Made by a program: the position numbers and the translations under genes. A model generated the notes under the pieces. It saw nothing but the letters and a program-made list of their open reading frames with translations, made no database searches and was not told where the DNA came from. A DNA stretch of 63,899 bases, filler included. It is 4 parts of 4 records of this genome, joined end to end, with 100 filler letters (N's around TTAATTAATTAA, not from the genome) between each part and the next. Parts side by side here need not be neighbours in the genome. Positions count along the whole stretch, not along the records: positions 17,468 to 43,587 come from SRR22947727_1895; positions 43,688 to 55,595 come from SRR22947727_1901; 2 more parts are not named here. One strand, 5' to 3'. Below, piece after piece: positions 42,208 through 51,935 of the stretch (its first letter is position 1; each line of letters opens with the position of its first letter).

Positions 42208-43587
42208 ATGAAAAAAGTACTTCTATTATTATTGTGCGTTTTTGTATATGGCTGCGGTGTTATTGACAAGCGACCTTCTCCCGTTTATTTTGGGGGTGAA
42301 ATTGTTAATCCTACCAGTCCTTACTTGGTGTTATTTAAAGACGATCAGGTTATTGATTCTGCTAAATTAGACAGAAGCAATCGCTTTAAAATAAATTTTA
42401 TGGCGGAATCTGAAGGGCTTTATCACTTTGACCACAGCCCTCAGTTCCATTATGTTTATTTAGAAAAAGGAGATAGCCTCAACTTGAGACTAAATACTCT
42501 AGAGTTTGATGAATCTATTGTGTTTTCCGGCAAAGGGGAAGAAATAAACAATTTCATTGTAGAATTGTTTCTGGCTAATGAAGAAGACGAACGGATTGTG
42601 GACCAATATTTCCAATTAGAACCTGATATTTTTGATGAGAAAATTGAATCTATTAGACAAGAAAAATTAGCACAACTTTCTACGCTTCTCAAAGAAGTAT
42701 CCTTATCCCCTAGGGCTACAGCATTAATTAATGCGACCATTGATTACAATGCATTCATTTATAAAGAAAAATACCCTTTTTATCACAAGAGAGCTACCCA
42801 TGAGGAGAACCTACATAATATTCCTTCTAAGTTTTATTCTTACAGAAATAAGCTAAGTCTCAACAACAAGGACCTTATTTATTTTAGACCTTACTACAAT
42901 TTCATGAAATACCATTTGGGGAATTTAGCCTATATGGAATGTAAAGAATTGTGTCAAACTACTATAGATGCTAAAGGAGCCATTCATTTTAACGAGCATA
43001 AGTTAAAGCTGATTGACAGTTTAATTCAAGAAAAAAAATTAAAAGACAATTTGTACAGAAATGTAGTGATGTACTATTTACTAAAAGTAAGGGATACTCC
43101 AGAAAATACTTTGAGTTTTATGGAAACATTTAAAAAATATAGCCCTGGAAACACACATATGGTTGAGATTGACCAATTGTTTAAGGATATTAATAACTTA
43201 CAACCTAACAATAGCATTCCAAACCTGATGGTGCAAAATTCAGATGGCAGATCTATAGGCTTAAATGATATTACAAAAGATAAAAAAGTAATTTTTTACT
43301 TCTGGAGTGCCAAACACGAAAATCATTTTAAGAATATTCAAGCCAGATTAAACAGTATATCACCTCAATATCCTAACCACACTTTTATAGGAATCAACAG
43401 AAGTACCGATTATAACCTGTGGCAAAACATGATGGAACGTTACGATCTAAACAAAGAAAACCAATACAGGTCAGAAAATTATGAAATACTCAAAACCAGT
43501 TTAGTCATTGACCACATGAACAAAAGCATTATCATTGAAAACGGACGTATCGTAAATGGTTTTGCAGATATTTTAAACTTACAATAT
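42208..43587 (+). CDS. Lipoprotein with C-terminal thioredoxin-like domain lacking CxxC; runs to contig end
   Basis: MKKVLLLLLCVFVYGC lipobox; KKVIFYFWS..; no stop before linker. Confidence 0.75.
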
Positions 43588-43687
43588 NNNNNNNNNNNNN
43601 NNNNNNNNNNNNNNNNNNNNNNNNNNNNNNNTTAATTAATTAANNNNNNNNNNNNNNNNNNNNNNNNNNNNNNNNNNNNNNNNNNNN
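43588..43687. other. Artificial contig linker
   Basis: N44-TTAATTAATTAA-N44. Confidence 0.99.
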
Positions 43688-43713
43688 ACAGAGCGCCGTT
43701 AGACAGAGCGCCG

Positions 43714-44085
43714 TTAGCTAACCCCCACCCGAACAACCCGGGTGTGCGCGAGTCGGTCGTGCACCCCCCGTCCATCGTCGTCGTAGACCACGGCCGGGAT
43801 GACCAGGCAGATCAACAGGGTCCGCACGAGCACCCGCCACATCGGCACCCGCCCACCGTCGATGGACACCACCCGCAGCCTCACTAGCCGCTGCCCGAAG
43901 GACGCCCCCGTCAGCCAGGTGAGGACCGTTATCTCCACGACAAACACCGCCAGTGTGGCGAGCATGGAGCCGTTCGAGCCGTACGGGAATTGGGGGAAGG
44001 CCAGGAGAGCCACCAGAACGCTGGCGAACCAGTCGACGAGGAAGGCGACGACACGTCGCCCGAACCACGCCCGCTGCTCCTCCAC
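43714..44085 (-). CDS. RDD family membrane protein
   Basis: RRVVAFLVDW, SFGQRLVRLRVV, GVHDRLAHTRVV; typical divergent neighbour of actinobacterial glnA. Confidence 0.9.
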   Translation of the reverse strand: MEEQRAWFGRRVVAFLVDWFASVLVALLAFPQFPYGSNGSMLATLAVFVVEITVLTWLTGASFGQRLVRLRVVSIDGGRVPMWRVLVRTLLICLVIPAVVYDDDGRGVHDRLAHTRVVRVGVS

Positions 44086-44109
44086 GGCCCCAGCGTAGGA
44101 GGCCGGACG

Positions 44110-44148
44110 GTTAACACTCCCGAAACAGTTGAGACACCGTCCGGACAC
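44110..44148 (+). promoter_or_regulatory. GlnR-box array upstream of glnA
   Basis: TTAAC-n6-GAAAC-n6-GACAC-n6-GACAC (11-bp phased), matching gTnAc-n6-GaAAc consensus. Confidence 0.75.
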
Positions 44149-44228
44149 GCCCTGTCCCTAACTTTTGACTTAATCCGGCGGTGCAGGGCCGCCAAGCGAG
44201 GCGATGCACGCGAGTGCAGGAGGTAAAA

Positions 44229-45653
44229 ATGTTCAGCAACGCTGACGAGGTTCTGAAGTTCGTCCAGGACAACGGGGTGGAATTCATCGACGTGCGATTC
44301 GTCGATCTGCCCGGAGTCATGCAGCACTTCAACGTCCCGGCGAGTTCGTTCGGAACCGCTGCTTTCGAGGACGGCTTGATGTTCGACGGCTCGTCGATCC
44401 GCGGCTTCCAGTCGATTCACGAATCCGACATGAAATTGATGCCGGACCCGGCCACGGCGTATCTCGATCCCTTCCGTTCGGCCAAGACGCTGGTCATGAA
44501 CTTCACGATCCGCGATCCCTTCACCAACGAGCCGTACAGTCGCGATCCACGCAACGTCGCAGCGAAGGCTGAGGCTTACATCGCCTCCACCGGCATCGCA
44601 GACACGGCGTACTTTGGCCCAGAGGCCGAGTTCTACGTCTTCGACGATGTTCGCTTCGAGACCAATCAGCATTCCGGTTACTACTTCATTGACTCCATCG
44701 AGGGCGCCTGGAACACCGGTCGCGTCGAAGAGGGCGGAAACCGCGGGTACAAGACTCGCTACAAGGGTGGCTACTTCCCCGTTCCCCCGGTCGATCACTA
44801 CGCCGACCTTCGCGACCAGATGGTTTCGACGCTGCTACAGGTGGGACTGCAGGTCGAGCGCTCTCACCACGAGGTCGGCACCGCCGGCCAGGGCGAGATC
44901 AACTACCAGTTCAACTCGCTACTGCACGCAGCCGACGACGTCATGCTCTTCAAGTACATCGTCAAGAATGTCGCCTGGGCGAACGGCAAGACCGCCACAT
45001 TCATGCCGAAGCCACTGTTCAACGACAACGGCTCCGGTATGCACTGCCACCAATCACTGTGGAAGGGCGGCGAGCCGCTGTTCTACGACGAGATGGGCTA
45101 CGGCGGCTTGTCCGATACCGCCCGCTGGTACATCGGCGGTCTCCTGGCCCATGCACCCTCGGTACTCGCGTTCACCAACCCAACGGTCAACAGCTACCAC
45201 CGACTCGTGCCGGGCTTCGAAGCTCCCGTCAACCTCGTCTACTCCGCACGCAACCGCTCCGCGGCGGTACGTATTCCGGTCACGGGTAACTCGCCGAAGG
45301 CCAAGCGCGTGGAGTTCCGTGTGCCGGACCCCTCCAGCAACCCCTACCTCGCCTTCTCCGCCCTGGTTATGGCCGGTCTCGATGGCATTAAGAACAAGAT
45401 CGAGCCGATCGCTCCGGTGGACAAGGACCTGTACGAGTTGCCGCCGGACGAGTTGGCCAACATCCCGACCGTTCCGGACTCCCTTACGGGATCTCTCGAT
45501 GCTCTCGAGGAGGACAACGAGTTCCTGCAGGCCGGTGGAGTGTTCCCCGCAGATCTCATCGAGACATGGATCGACTACAAGCGGACCAACGAGGTGGACC
45601 CGATCCGTCTGCGTCCGCACCCGCACGAGTTCGAGATGTACTACGACATCTGA
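44229..45653 (+). CDS. glnA: Glutamine synthetase type I-beta
   Basis: [38 protein letters not shown], adenylylation site DKDLYEL. Confidence 0.98.
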   Translation: MFSNADEVLKFVQDNGVEFIDVRFVDLPGVMQHFNVPASSFGTAAFEDGLMFDGSSIRGFQSIHESDMKLMPDPATAYLDPFRSAKTLVMNFTIRDPFTNEPYSRDPRNVAAKAEAYIASTGIADTAYFGPEAEFYVFDDVRFETNQHSGYYFIDSIEGAWNTGRVEEGGNRGYKTRYKGGYFPVPPVDHYADLRDQMVSTLLQVGLQVERSHHEVGTAGQGEINYQFNSLLHAADDVMLFKYIVKNVAWANGKTATFMPKPLFNDNGSGMHCHQSLWKGGEPLFYDEMGYGGLSDTARWYIGGLLAHAPSVLAFTNPTVNSYHRLVPGFEAPVNLVYSARNRSAAVRIPVTGNSPKAKRVEFRVPDPSSNPYLAFSALVMAGLDGIKNKIEPIAPVDKDLYELPPDELANIPTVPDSLTGSLDALEEDNEFLQAGGVFPADLIETWIDYKRTNEVDPIRLRPHPHEFEMYYDI

Positions 45654-45701
45654 TCTCAATCGACTCCCTCCGCGTCGATTCGCCTCGCGCGCCTGGGAAA
45701 C

Positions 45702-45733
45702 GCAGAAGCCCTGGATTCGTCCGGGGCTTCTGT
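45702..45733. terminator. Hairpin between convergent glnA and glnE
   Basis: GCAGAAGCCCTGGA-TTCG-TCCGGGGCTTCTGT. Confidence 0.8.
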
Positions 45734-45742
45734 CGTGTTCGC

Positions 45743-48700
45743 CTACTGCTCGCCGTAGAAGACTCGCTCGGTGACCGAGCGTGCCCGTCGCGTCGTTCGT
45801 AGGTACTCGTCCTTGAGTTGACTTCCATCGCTTCCGTGGTGACGAAGAACAGCCGCGAGGGCCGAGAGTTCAGTCATGTCACTCGGCAATGAGTCACTCG
45901 GTCGCGCCTTCACCAGCATGATCGCGTTTCGGATCGCTGTCGCAAGTAGCCACGCTTCCCGAAGCGTTCGGGCATCCGCGCCGTTCAGCAGCCCTGCGTC
46001 TACGCAAGCCTGCAGCCCATCGAGGGTGCCCGTTGTCCGCAACGTGGGATGTTGCCCTGAGTTCTCCATCTGCAGTAACTGCACCGTCCATTCGACATCG
46101 GACAGGCCACCGCGACCGAGCTTGGTGTGAACGGTCGGGTCGGCGCCCCGCGGCAATCGCTCCGCCTCCATGCGGGCCTTGAGCCGTCGGGCCTCGCGCA
46201 CGGCCCCGAGATCGAGTCCGTCCGCCGGCCAACGCAGTGGATCGATGAGTTCAGTGAATGCCTGCCTGAGTTCCTGCGGTCCGGCGATGGGCAACGCGCG
46301 CAGCAGCGCTTGCGCCTCCCACGGAGACGACCACCGCTCGTAGTAGGCCGCATAGGACGCCAGTGAGCGCACGAGCGGTCCCGCTTTACCTTCCGGCCGT
46401 AGGTCCGCATCGAGGTCTAGGGGAGGGTCGCTCGAGGCGGACATCAGAAGGGATCGCAGTTCTTCCGCGATCAAGGTGGCTTGCCGTCCTGCGTCGGTTT
46501 CGTCCGCTTCTTGCCGGGGTTTGTGGACGAACATCACATCTAGGTCGCTGCTGAAGCCGAGTTCGCAACCACCGAAGCGCCCCATGGCGATCACGCAGAC
46601 ATCGGTGAGTTGCTGCCCATCACCCACAACGGATCGTGTCGCCACGGTCAGCGCGCTGTCCACGGTGACGCGGGCGATGGCCGACAGTGCATCCCCGACC
46701 TCCCGGACATCGACGCTGTCTGTCAAGTCGGCAACGGCGATGCGGAAAAGCTCTCGACGACGCAGGCTGCGAATGGCGGCCACCGCGGTGATCGGCGCCT
46801 CTTGCCGTTGTACGAGCGCCGCCGCCTCGGTGGCGAGCGAGGCTTCGCTTCGCGGCCGAAGTTCCTCATCGTCGGCGAGCATCCGCACCGACTCCGGTGC
46901 CTGCAAGAGCAGGTCGGTTGCGTATCGACTCGCCGACATCATGAACGCGAGACGTTCGGCCGCAGCGGACTCGTCGCGTAGCAGCCGCAGGTACCACGGT
47001 GTGGCGCCGAGTGCGTCGCTTACTTGCCTAAAGCCCAGCAGCCCCGCATCGGGGTCGGGGCCGTCCGCAAACCAGCCCAGCATGACCGGTAGCAGTGTTC
47101 GTTGAATGGCTGCCCGTCGCGACACCCCGCTAGTCAGCGCCTGCAGGTGGCGAATCGCCCCGGCCGGGTCGGAGTATCCGAGGGCCTCAAGACGCTCCTG
47201 AGCTGCCTGGAGGGACAGTCGTGCTTCCCCGGCTTCCAGGCGCGCAACGGAGGCCAGCAACGGCCGGTAGAAGAGTTTCTCGTGTAGGCGACGAACTTGA
47301 CGCTGGTGTGATTTCCATTGGTCGATGAGTTCGCGGACCGGTTCGCTTCGCAACCCGATGGAGCGCGCGAGAACCCGTAGCTCCACGTCGTCTTCGGGCA
47401 GCGTATGTGTTCGCCGCAATCGACGCAGTTGCAAGCGGTGCTCGAGTGTGCGCAGGAATCGATAGGCATCAGCGAGTGCTGATGCATCCCCCCTGCCGAC
47501 GTACCCCCACGTGGCGAGAGCCTCTAAAGCGACGAGGGTCGTGGCGCTGCGCAGCATCACGTCACTGCGTCCGTGCACGAGTTGCAGCAACTGGACCGAG
47601 AATTCGACGTCGCGAAGACCGCCGGGGCCTAGCTTGATCTCTCGTTCGGCGATGTTGGCTGGGATGTGATCCTCCACCCTCTTACGCATGGATTGCACAT
47701 CCGCAACGAAATCGGGGCGATCGGCCGCTTTCCACACCAGCGGAGATATCGCGTCCATGTATCGGGTGCCGAGGTCCACGTCACCCGCGCAGAATCGCGC
47801 CTTCAACAGAGCTTGGAATTCCCAGGTGCTGGCCCAGCGTTCGTAGTAGCCAAGGTGCGACGGGAGGGTGCGGACCAGCGCACCTTGCTTTCCTTCCGGA
47901 CGCAAGGCGGCATCGACTTCCCAGATCGATCCCTCCGCGGTCACCTCTGAGCAGGCCCGCATCAACCCTGCCGCGAGGAGCGATGCTGCGCGAAGGGCAT
48001 CGGATTCGTCACAGCCGTCTGCTGCTTCGGCGACGAAGATGACATCGACATCGCTGATGTAGTTCAGTTCCCGCCCGCCGCACTTACCCATACCGATGAC
48101 GGCGAGCCTGCACGTAAAAGCCGATTTACCGACCTCGTGGCGGGCGATGGCCAGAGCCGCTTCCAACGTCGCATCGGCGAGATCACTCAGCCACGCCGCC
48201 ACGGACTCCATTCCGGCCAAGCCGCTTAGGTCCCGAACAGCAATGCCCAATAGCCACCGCCGGTACGCGACCCGCAGCGCATCGGCCACCGATCCGCCCT
48301 CAGCGGGCGCCTCGGCGACGGGTTCTTGCGACTGCGGTATCGCACCGACGGCTCTCAGCAACGAGGCTCGAGCTTCCACTGGGGATGGGGGTTGCGTCAA
48401 TCGGTCTGCATCCGCGAGCAAGTCCAGGCTCGCGTGATCGCGCACCAGGAAGTCACCCAACGCCTCCGAGGCACCCAACACGTCGATCACGCGACCGCGA
48501 AAAGCCTCATCAGCGCCAAGACCAGCCCGGAGGCGGCCTTCGCATCCTTCGACGACGCGCAGGAACTGACGAAGGGCCATATCGGGGTCGGCCGCGGAGC
48601 CGAATTGGTCGGCGACTCCTGCGAGTACCTCATCGTCGTCGAACGGTTGGAGTGTCCGCAACGAGTCCAGCAGTGCTCGAGCCTTTTCCGGCTCGACGAA

Positions 48701-48748
48701 ACCCACACGTGCGAGACCGCCTGCAGCCGATGAGTGACGATCGCTCAT
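45743..48748 (-). CDS. glnE: Bifunctional GS adenylyltransferase/adenylyl-removing enzyme
   Basis: Two NT domains MGKCGGRELNYISDVD and MGRFGGCELGFSSDLD; DAALRPEG, KLGPGGLRDVEF. Confidence 0.97.
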   Translation of the reverse strand: MSDRHSSAAGGLARVGFVEPEKARALLDSLRTLQPFDDDEVLAGVADQFGSAADPDMALRQFLRVVEGCEGRLRAGLGADEAFRGRVIDVLGASEALGDFLVRDHASLDLLADADRLTQPPSPVEARASLLRAVGAIPQSQEPVAEAPAEGGSVADALRVAYRRWLLGIAVRDLSGLAGMESVAAWLSDLADATLEAALAIARHEVGKSAFTCRLAVIGMGKCGGRELNYISDVDVIFVAEAADGCDESDALRAASLLAAGLMRACSEVTAEGSIWEVDAALRPEGKQGALVRTLPSHLGYYERWASTWEFQALLKARFCAGDVDLGTRYMDAISPLVWKAADRPDFVADVQSMRKRVEDHIPANIAEREIKLGPGGLRDVEFSVQLLQLVHGRSDVMLRSATTLVALEALATWGYVGRGDASALADAYRFLRTLEHRLQLRRLRRTHTLPEDDVELRVLARSIGLRSEPVRELIDQWKSHQRQVRRLHEKLFYRPLLASVARLEAGEARLSLQAAQERLEALGYSDPAGAIRHLQALTSGVSRRAAIQRTLLPVMLGWFADGPDPDAGLLGFRQVSDALGATPWYLRLLRDESAAAERLAFMMSASRYATDLLLQAPESVRMLADDEELRPRSEASLATEAAALVQRQEAPITAVAAIRSLRRRELFRIAVADLTDSVDVREVGDALSAIARVTVDSALTVATRSVVGDGQQLTDVCVIAMGRFGGCELGFSSDLDVMFVHKPRQEADETDAGRQATLIAEELRSLLMSASSDPPLDLDADLRPEGKAGPLVRSLASYAAYYERWSSPWEAQALLRALPIAGPQELRQAFTELIDPLRWPADGLDLGAVREARRLKARMEAERLPRGADPTVHTKLGRGGLSDVEWTVQLLQMENSGQHPTLRTTGTLDGLQACVDAGLLNGADARTLREAWLLATAIRNAIMLVKARPSDSLPSDMTELSALAAVLRHHGSDGSQLKDEYLRTTRRARSVTERVFYGEQ

Positions 48749-48777
48749 GAAGCCCGACCCTAAGTGTCCAAGTTGCC

Positions 48778-50115
48778 CTAGAGCTTCGGCAGGTAGCGGT
48801 CCAATTCCCAGGACGTCACTTGCTTGCGGTACTCCTCCCACTCCGCGCGCTTGTTACGCAGGAAGAAGTCGAAGACGTGCTCACCGAGGGTTTCGGCGAT
48901 CAATTCGGATTTCTCCATCGCCGTGATGGCCTGATTCAGCGATCCCGGGAGCGGATCCATGCCCAGTGCGCGCCTTTCCGCGGAAGTCAGGCCCCACACG
49001 TCGTCCTCGGAGCCGGGCGGCAGCTCGTAACCCTCGTCGATTCCCTTGAGCCCGGCGGCCAGCAGGACCGAGTACGCCAGATACGGATTCACTCCGCTGT
49101 CCATCGCTCGGTATTCGACTCGCGTGCTGTTGCCCTTCGATGGCTTGTACATCGGCACCCGAATCAGCGCGGAGCGGTTGTTGTGACCCCAGCAGATCCA
49201 CGCGGGTGCTTCTCCCCCACCGGCGAGCCGCTTGTAGGAGTTCACCCACTGGTTGGTGACCGCGGTGATCTCCGGAGCGTGCGTGAGCAGTCCGGCGATG
49301 AAGGAACGCGCGACTTTCGAGAGTTGGAAATCAGCTCCGGCCTCGTGGAACGCGTTGCGATCACCTTCGAACAAAGACAGGTGCGTGTGCATGCCGCTGC
49401 CGGGTTCATCGCGGAAGGGCTTCGGCATGAACGTGGCGAACAGCCCCTGCTCCATCGCGACTTCTTGAACCACGAGCCGGAAAGTCATGAGGTTGTCGGC
49501 GGTGGTCAGGGCGTCCGCGTACCGAAGGTCGATCTCTTGTTGCCCAGGTCCGCCTTCGTGATGACTGAACTCGACCGAGATCCCCATCGCTTCCAAGGTG
49601 GTGATCGCCTGTCGACGGAAGTCGTGGGCAACGCCGTGAGGAGCGTTGTCGAAGTAGCCGTATTGGTCGATCGGTTCGGGGACAGTTCCCGGGCTCGGGC
49701 GTTCCTTGAACAGGTAGAACTCGACCTCGGGATGGGTGTAGAAGCTGAAACCTTGATCTGCAGCTTTCGTCAACGTCCGCTTGAGAACGTAACGAGGATC
49801 GGCGTACGAGGGTGAGCCGTCCGGCATCAAGATGTCGCAGAACAGTCGAGCCACTCCCGGCCCCTCACTGCGCCACGGCAGGATCGCGAACGTGCTCGGG
49901 TCGGGTTTGGCGAGCATGTCGGACTCGTGCACCCGGGCGAAGCCTTGGATCGCGGATCCGTCGAAGCCGATGCCCTCTTCGAATGCGCCCTCGAGTTCCG
50001 CGGGTGCGATCGACACTGACTTCAAGGTTCCGAGAACATCGGTGAACCACAGTCGAACAAATCGGATGTCGCGCTCTTCGATCGTGCGCAGCACGAACTC
50101 TGCTTGCTTTTCCAC
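48778..50115 (-). CDS. glnA2: Glutamine synthetase-like GlnA2 (type I-alpha)
   Basis: FVRLWFTDVLG, FDGSAIQGF, HHEGGPGQQE, GSGMHTH; upstream of glnE. Confidence 0.93.
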   Translation of the reverse strand: MEKQAEFVLRTIEERDIRFVRLWFTDVLGTLKSVSIAPAELEGAFEEGIGFDGSAIQGFARVHESDMLAKPDPSTFAILPWRSEGPGVARLFCDILMPDGSPSYADPRYVLKRTLTKAADQGFSFYTHPEVEFYLFKERPSPGTVPEPIDQYGYFDNAPHGVAHDFRRQAITTLEAMGISVEFSHHEGGPGQQEIDLRYADALTTADNLMTFRLVVQEVAMEQGLFATFMPKPFRDEPGSGMHTHLSLFEGDRNAFHEAGADFQLSKVARSFIAGLLTHAPEITAVTNQWVNSYKRLAGGGEAPAWICWGHNNRSALIRVPMYKPSKGNSTRVEYRAMDSGVNPYLAYSVLLAAGLKGIDEGYELPPGSEDDVWGLTSAERRALGMDPLPGSLNQAITAMEKSELIAETLGEHVFDFFLRNKRAEWEEYRKQVTSWELDRYLPKL

Positions 50116-50137
50116 GAGCCCATAGTGCGCCGTGTCG

Positions 50138-50155
50138 TGTTACAGCCGCGTAACA
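50138..50155. promoter_or_regulatory. Palindromic operator candidate in glnA2/nadE divergent promoter
   Basis: TGTTAC-AGCCGC-GTAACA perfect inverted repeat. Confidence 0.55.
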
Positions 50156-50183
50156 GACTCCCCGGGGTAGGTACTCTCCACGG

Positions 50184-51935
50184 GTGAACGTCCTGCGCAT
50201 CGCCCTAGGCCAGGTGAATCCGACCGTGGGCGACTTGGAAGGCAATGCCCGCCTGATTCGCCAGGCGGCCGCCGACGCTGCCGCCGGACAGGCGGATCTG
50301 CTGATTTTTCCTGAGATGGTGCTCACCGGATATCCCGTCGAGGATCTGTCACTACGCCCGTCCTTCCAGCAGGCATCCCGGCTCGCGATGAGCGCCCTGG
50401 CCCGCGACATTGCCGACGATGGGTTCGGGGACCTCACCTGCCTGATCGGCTACCTCGACCACAGCGATGACGACGACGACGCCGATACGGTCGGGCGACC
50501 CCGTGGGGGTCCGGTGAACAGTGCCGCACTCGTTCATCGTGGCGCCGTTCTGGCCCGGTACGACAAACACTTCCTGCCCAATTACGGCGTCTTCGACGAG
50601 GCTCGGTATTTCGTGCCCGGCGAGGAACCCTTGGTGTTCGAGATGAACGGCCACCGTGTGTGCGTCGGCATCTGCGAGGACTTGTGGAGGCAGGGAGGCC
50701 CGGTCCAATGGGCCCGGGAGTTCGATGCAGACTTGTTGGCGGTGTTGAACGCATCCCCCTACGAGCGGATGAAAGACGATCGACGGCTAGAACTGTGCGT
50801 CGAACAGGCCCAAGCCAGTGGATCGGCTGTCGCTTACGCCAACATGACCGGAGGGCAGGACGAACTCGTCTTCGACGGTGACTCGCTCGTCGTAGATGCT
50901 GCGGGGCAGCTTCTGCAGCGAGCGTGTCAGTTCGATTCCCAGATCGTCTTTACTGACCTCACGGCAACGCGCGTCACACCGTCGTCGCGTGATGACGTGC
51001 ACGTGTCGATTCCTGCGTCGAGCACGTCGGCACGCGAGCATGCACCACTGACTCCCGCCCACACCTCGCGTTTCGATGATTCCGCTGAGTTGTACGCCGC
51101 GCTGCGCCTGGGACTGGCCGACTATGTGAACAAGAACAATTTCACAAGCGTCCTACTCGGACTCAGTGGTGGGATCGACTCGGCGTTCGTCGCCGCACTC
51201 GCGGTTGATGCTCTGGGTGCTGATCGAGTGTTCGGGGTGGCTATGCCGAGTCGCTATTCCTCGTCCCACTCGGTGCAGGACGCGCACGACCTGGCGGAAC
51301 GAACCGGTCTGACCCTGCGCGACGTACCTATCGGCCCGATGTTCGACGCCTTCCAGTCGAGCTTGCACCTCACCGGGCTCGCCGAGGAAAACCTGCAGGC
51401 CCGCATTCGGGGCATGGTGTTAATGAGCCTGTCCAACGCCGAGGGGCACATGGTGTTGGCGACCGGTAACAAGAGCGAGCTGTCCGTCGGCTACTCCACC
51501 ATCTACGGCGACGCGGTCGGTGGCTTCGCACCCATCAAGGACGTTCCGAAGACGCTGGTGTGGGAGTTGGCGCGGTGGCGCAACGAGCAGGCCGAGTCCG
51601 CTGGGTCCACCGGGCCGATTCCGCCACGATCGATCACCAAGGAACCATCCGCGGAGCTCAGCCCGGACCAGAAGGACTCCGACTCGCTTCCCGACTACCA
51701 GGATCTCGACAGCGTGCTCGAGGCGTACGTCGACGACGACACAGGCGCGTCGGAACTCGTGGCCGCCGGCTTCGACGCTGCGCTGGTCGAGCGCATCGTG
51801 CGCCTGACGGATGGCGCTGAGTACAAAAGGCGCCAATACCCCCCGGGAACCAAGATCGGGGTTCGTGCCTTCGGGCGCGACCGTCGACTACCGATCACCA
51901 ATCGGTGGCGCGAACGCCCCGAGTTGGACTCTTAG
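50184..51935 (+). CDS. nadE: Glutamine-dependent NAD+ synthetase
   Basis: Nitrilase domain (FPEM, K, ICED) plus SGGIDS, ENLQARIRG, TGNKSE, EYKRRQ. Confidence 0.96.
   Translation: MNVLRIALGQVNPTVGDLEGNARLIRQAAADAAAGQADLLIFPEMVLTGYPVEDLSLRPSFQQASRLAMSALARDIADDGFGDLTCLIGYLDHSDDDDDADTVGRPRGGPVNSAALVHRGAVLARYDKHFLPNYGVFDEARYFVPGEEPLVFEMNGHRVCVGICEDLWRQGGPVQWAREFDADLLAVLNASPYERMKDDRRLELCVEQAQASGSAVAYANMTGGQDELVFDGDSLVVDAAGQLLQRACQFDSQIVFTDLTATRVTPSSRDDVHVSIPASSTSAREHAPLTPAHTSRFDDSAELYAALRLGLADYVNKNNFTSVLLGLSGGIDSAFVAALAVDALGADRVFGVAMPSRYSSSHSVQDAHDLAERTGLTLRDVPIGPMFDAFQSSLHLTGLAEENLQARIRGMVLMSLSNAEGHMVLATGNKSELSVGYSTIYGDAVGGFAPIKDVPKTLVWELARWRNEQAESAGSTGPIPPRSITKEPSAELSPDQKDSDSLPDYQDLDSVLEAYVDDDTGASELVAAGFDAALVERIVRLTDGAEYKRRQYPPGTKIGVRAFGRDRRLPITNRWRERPELDS

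Noticed and set aside
43688-43717. Direct repeat ACAGAGCGCCGTTAG x2
   Set aside because: Only two copies at a contig edge; cannot distinguish from an assembly artefact.
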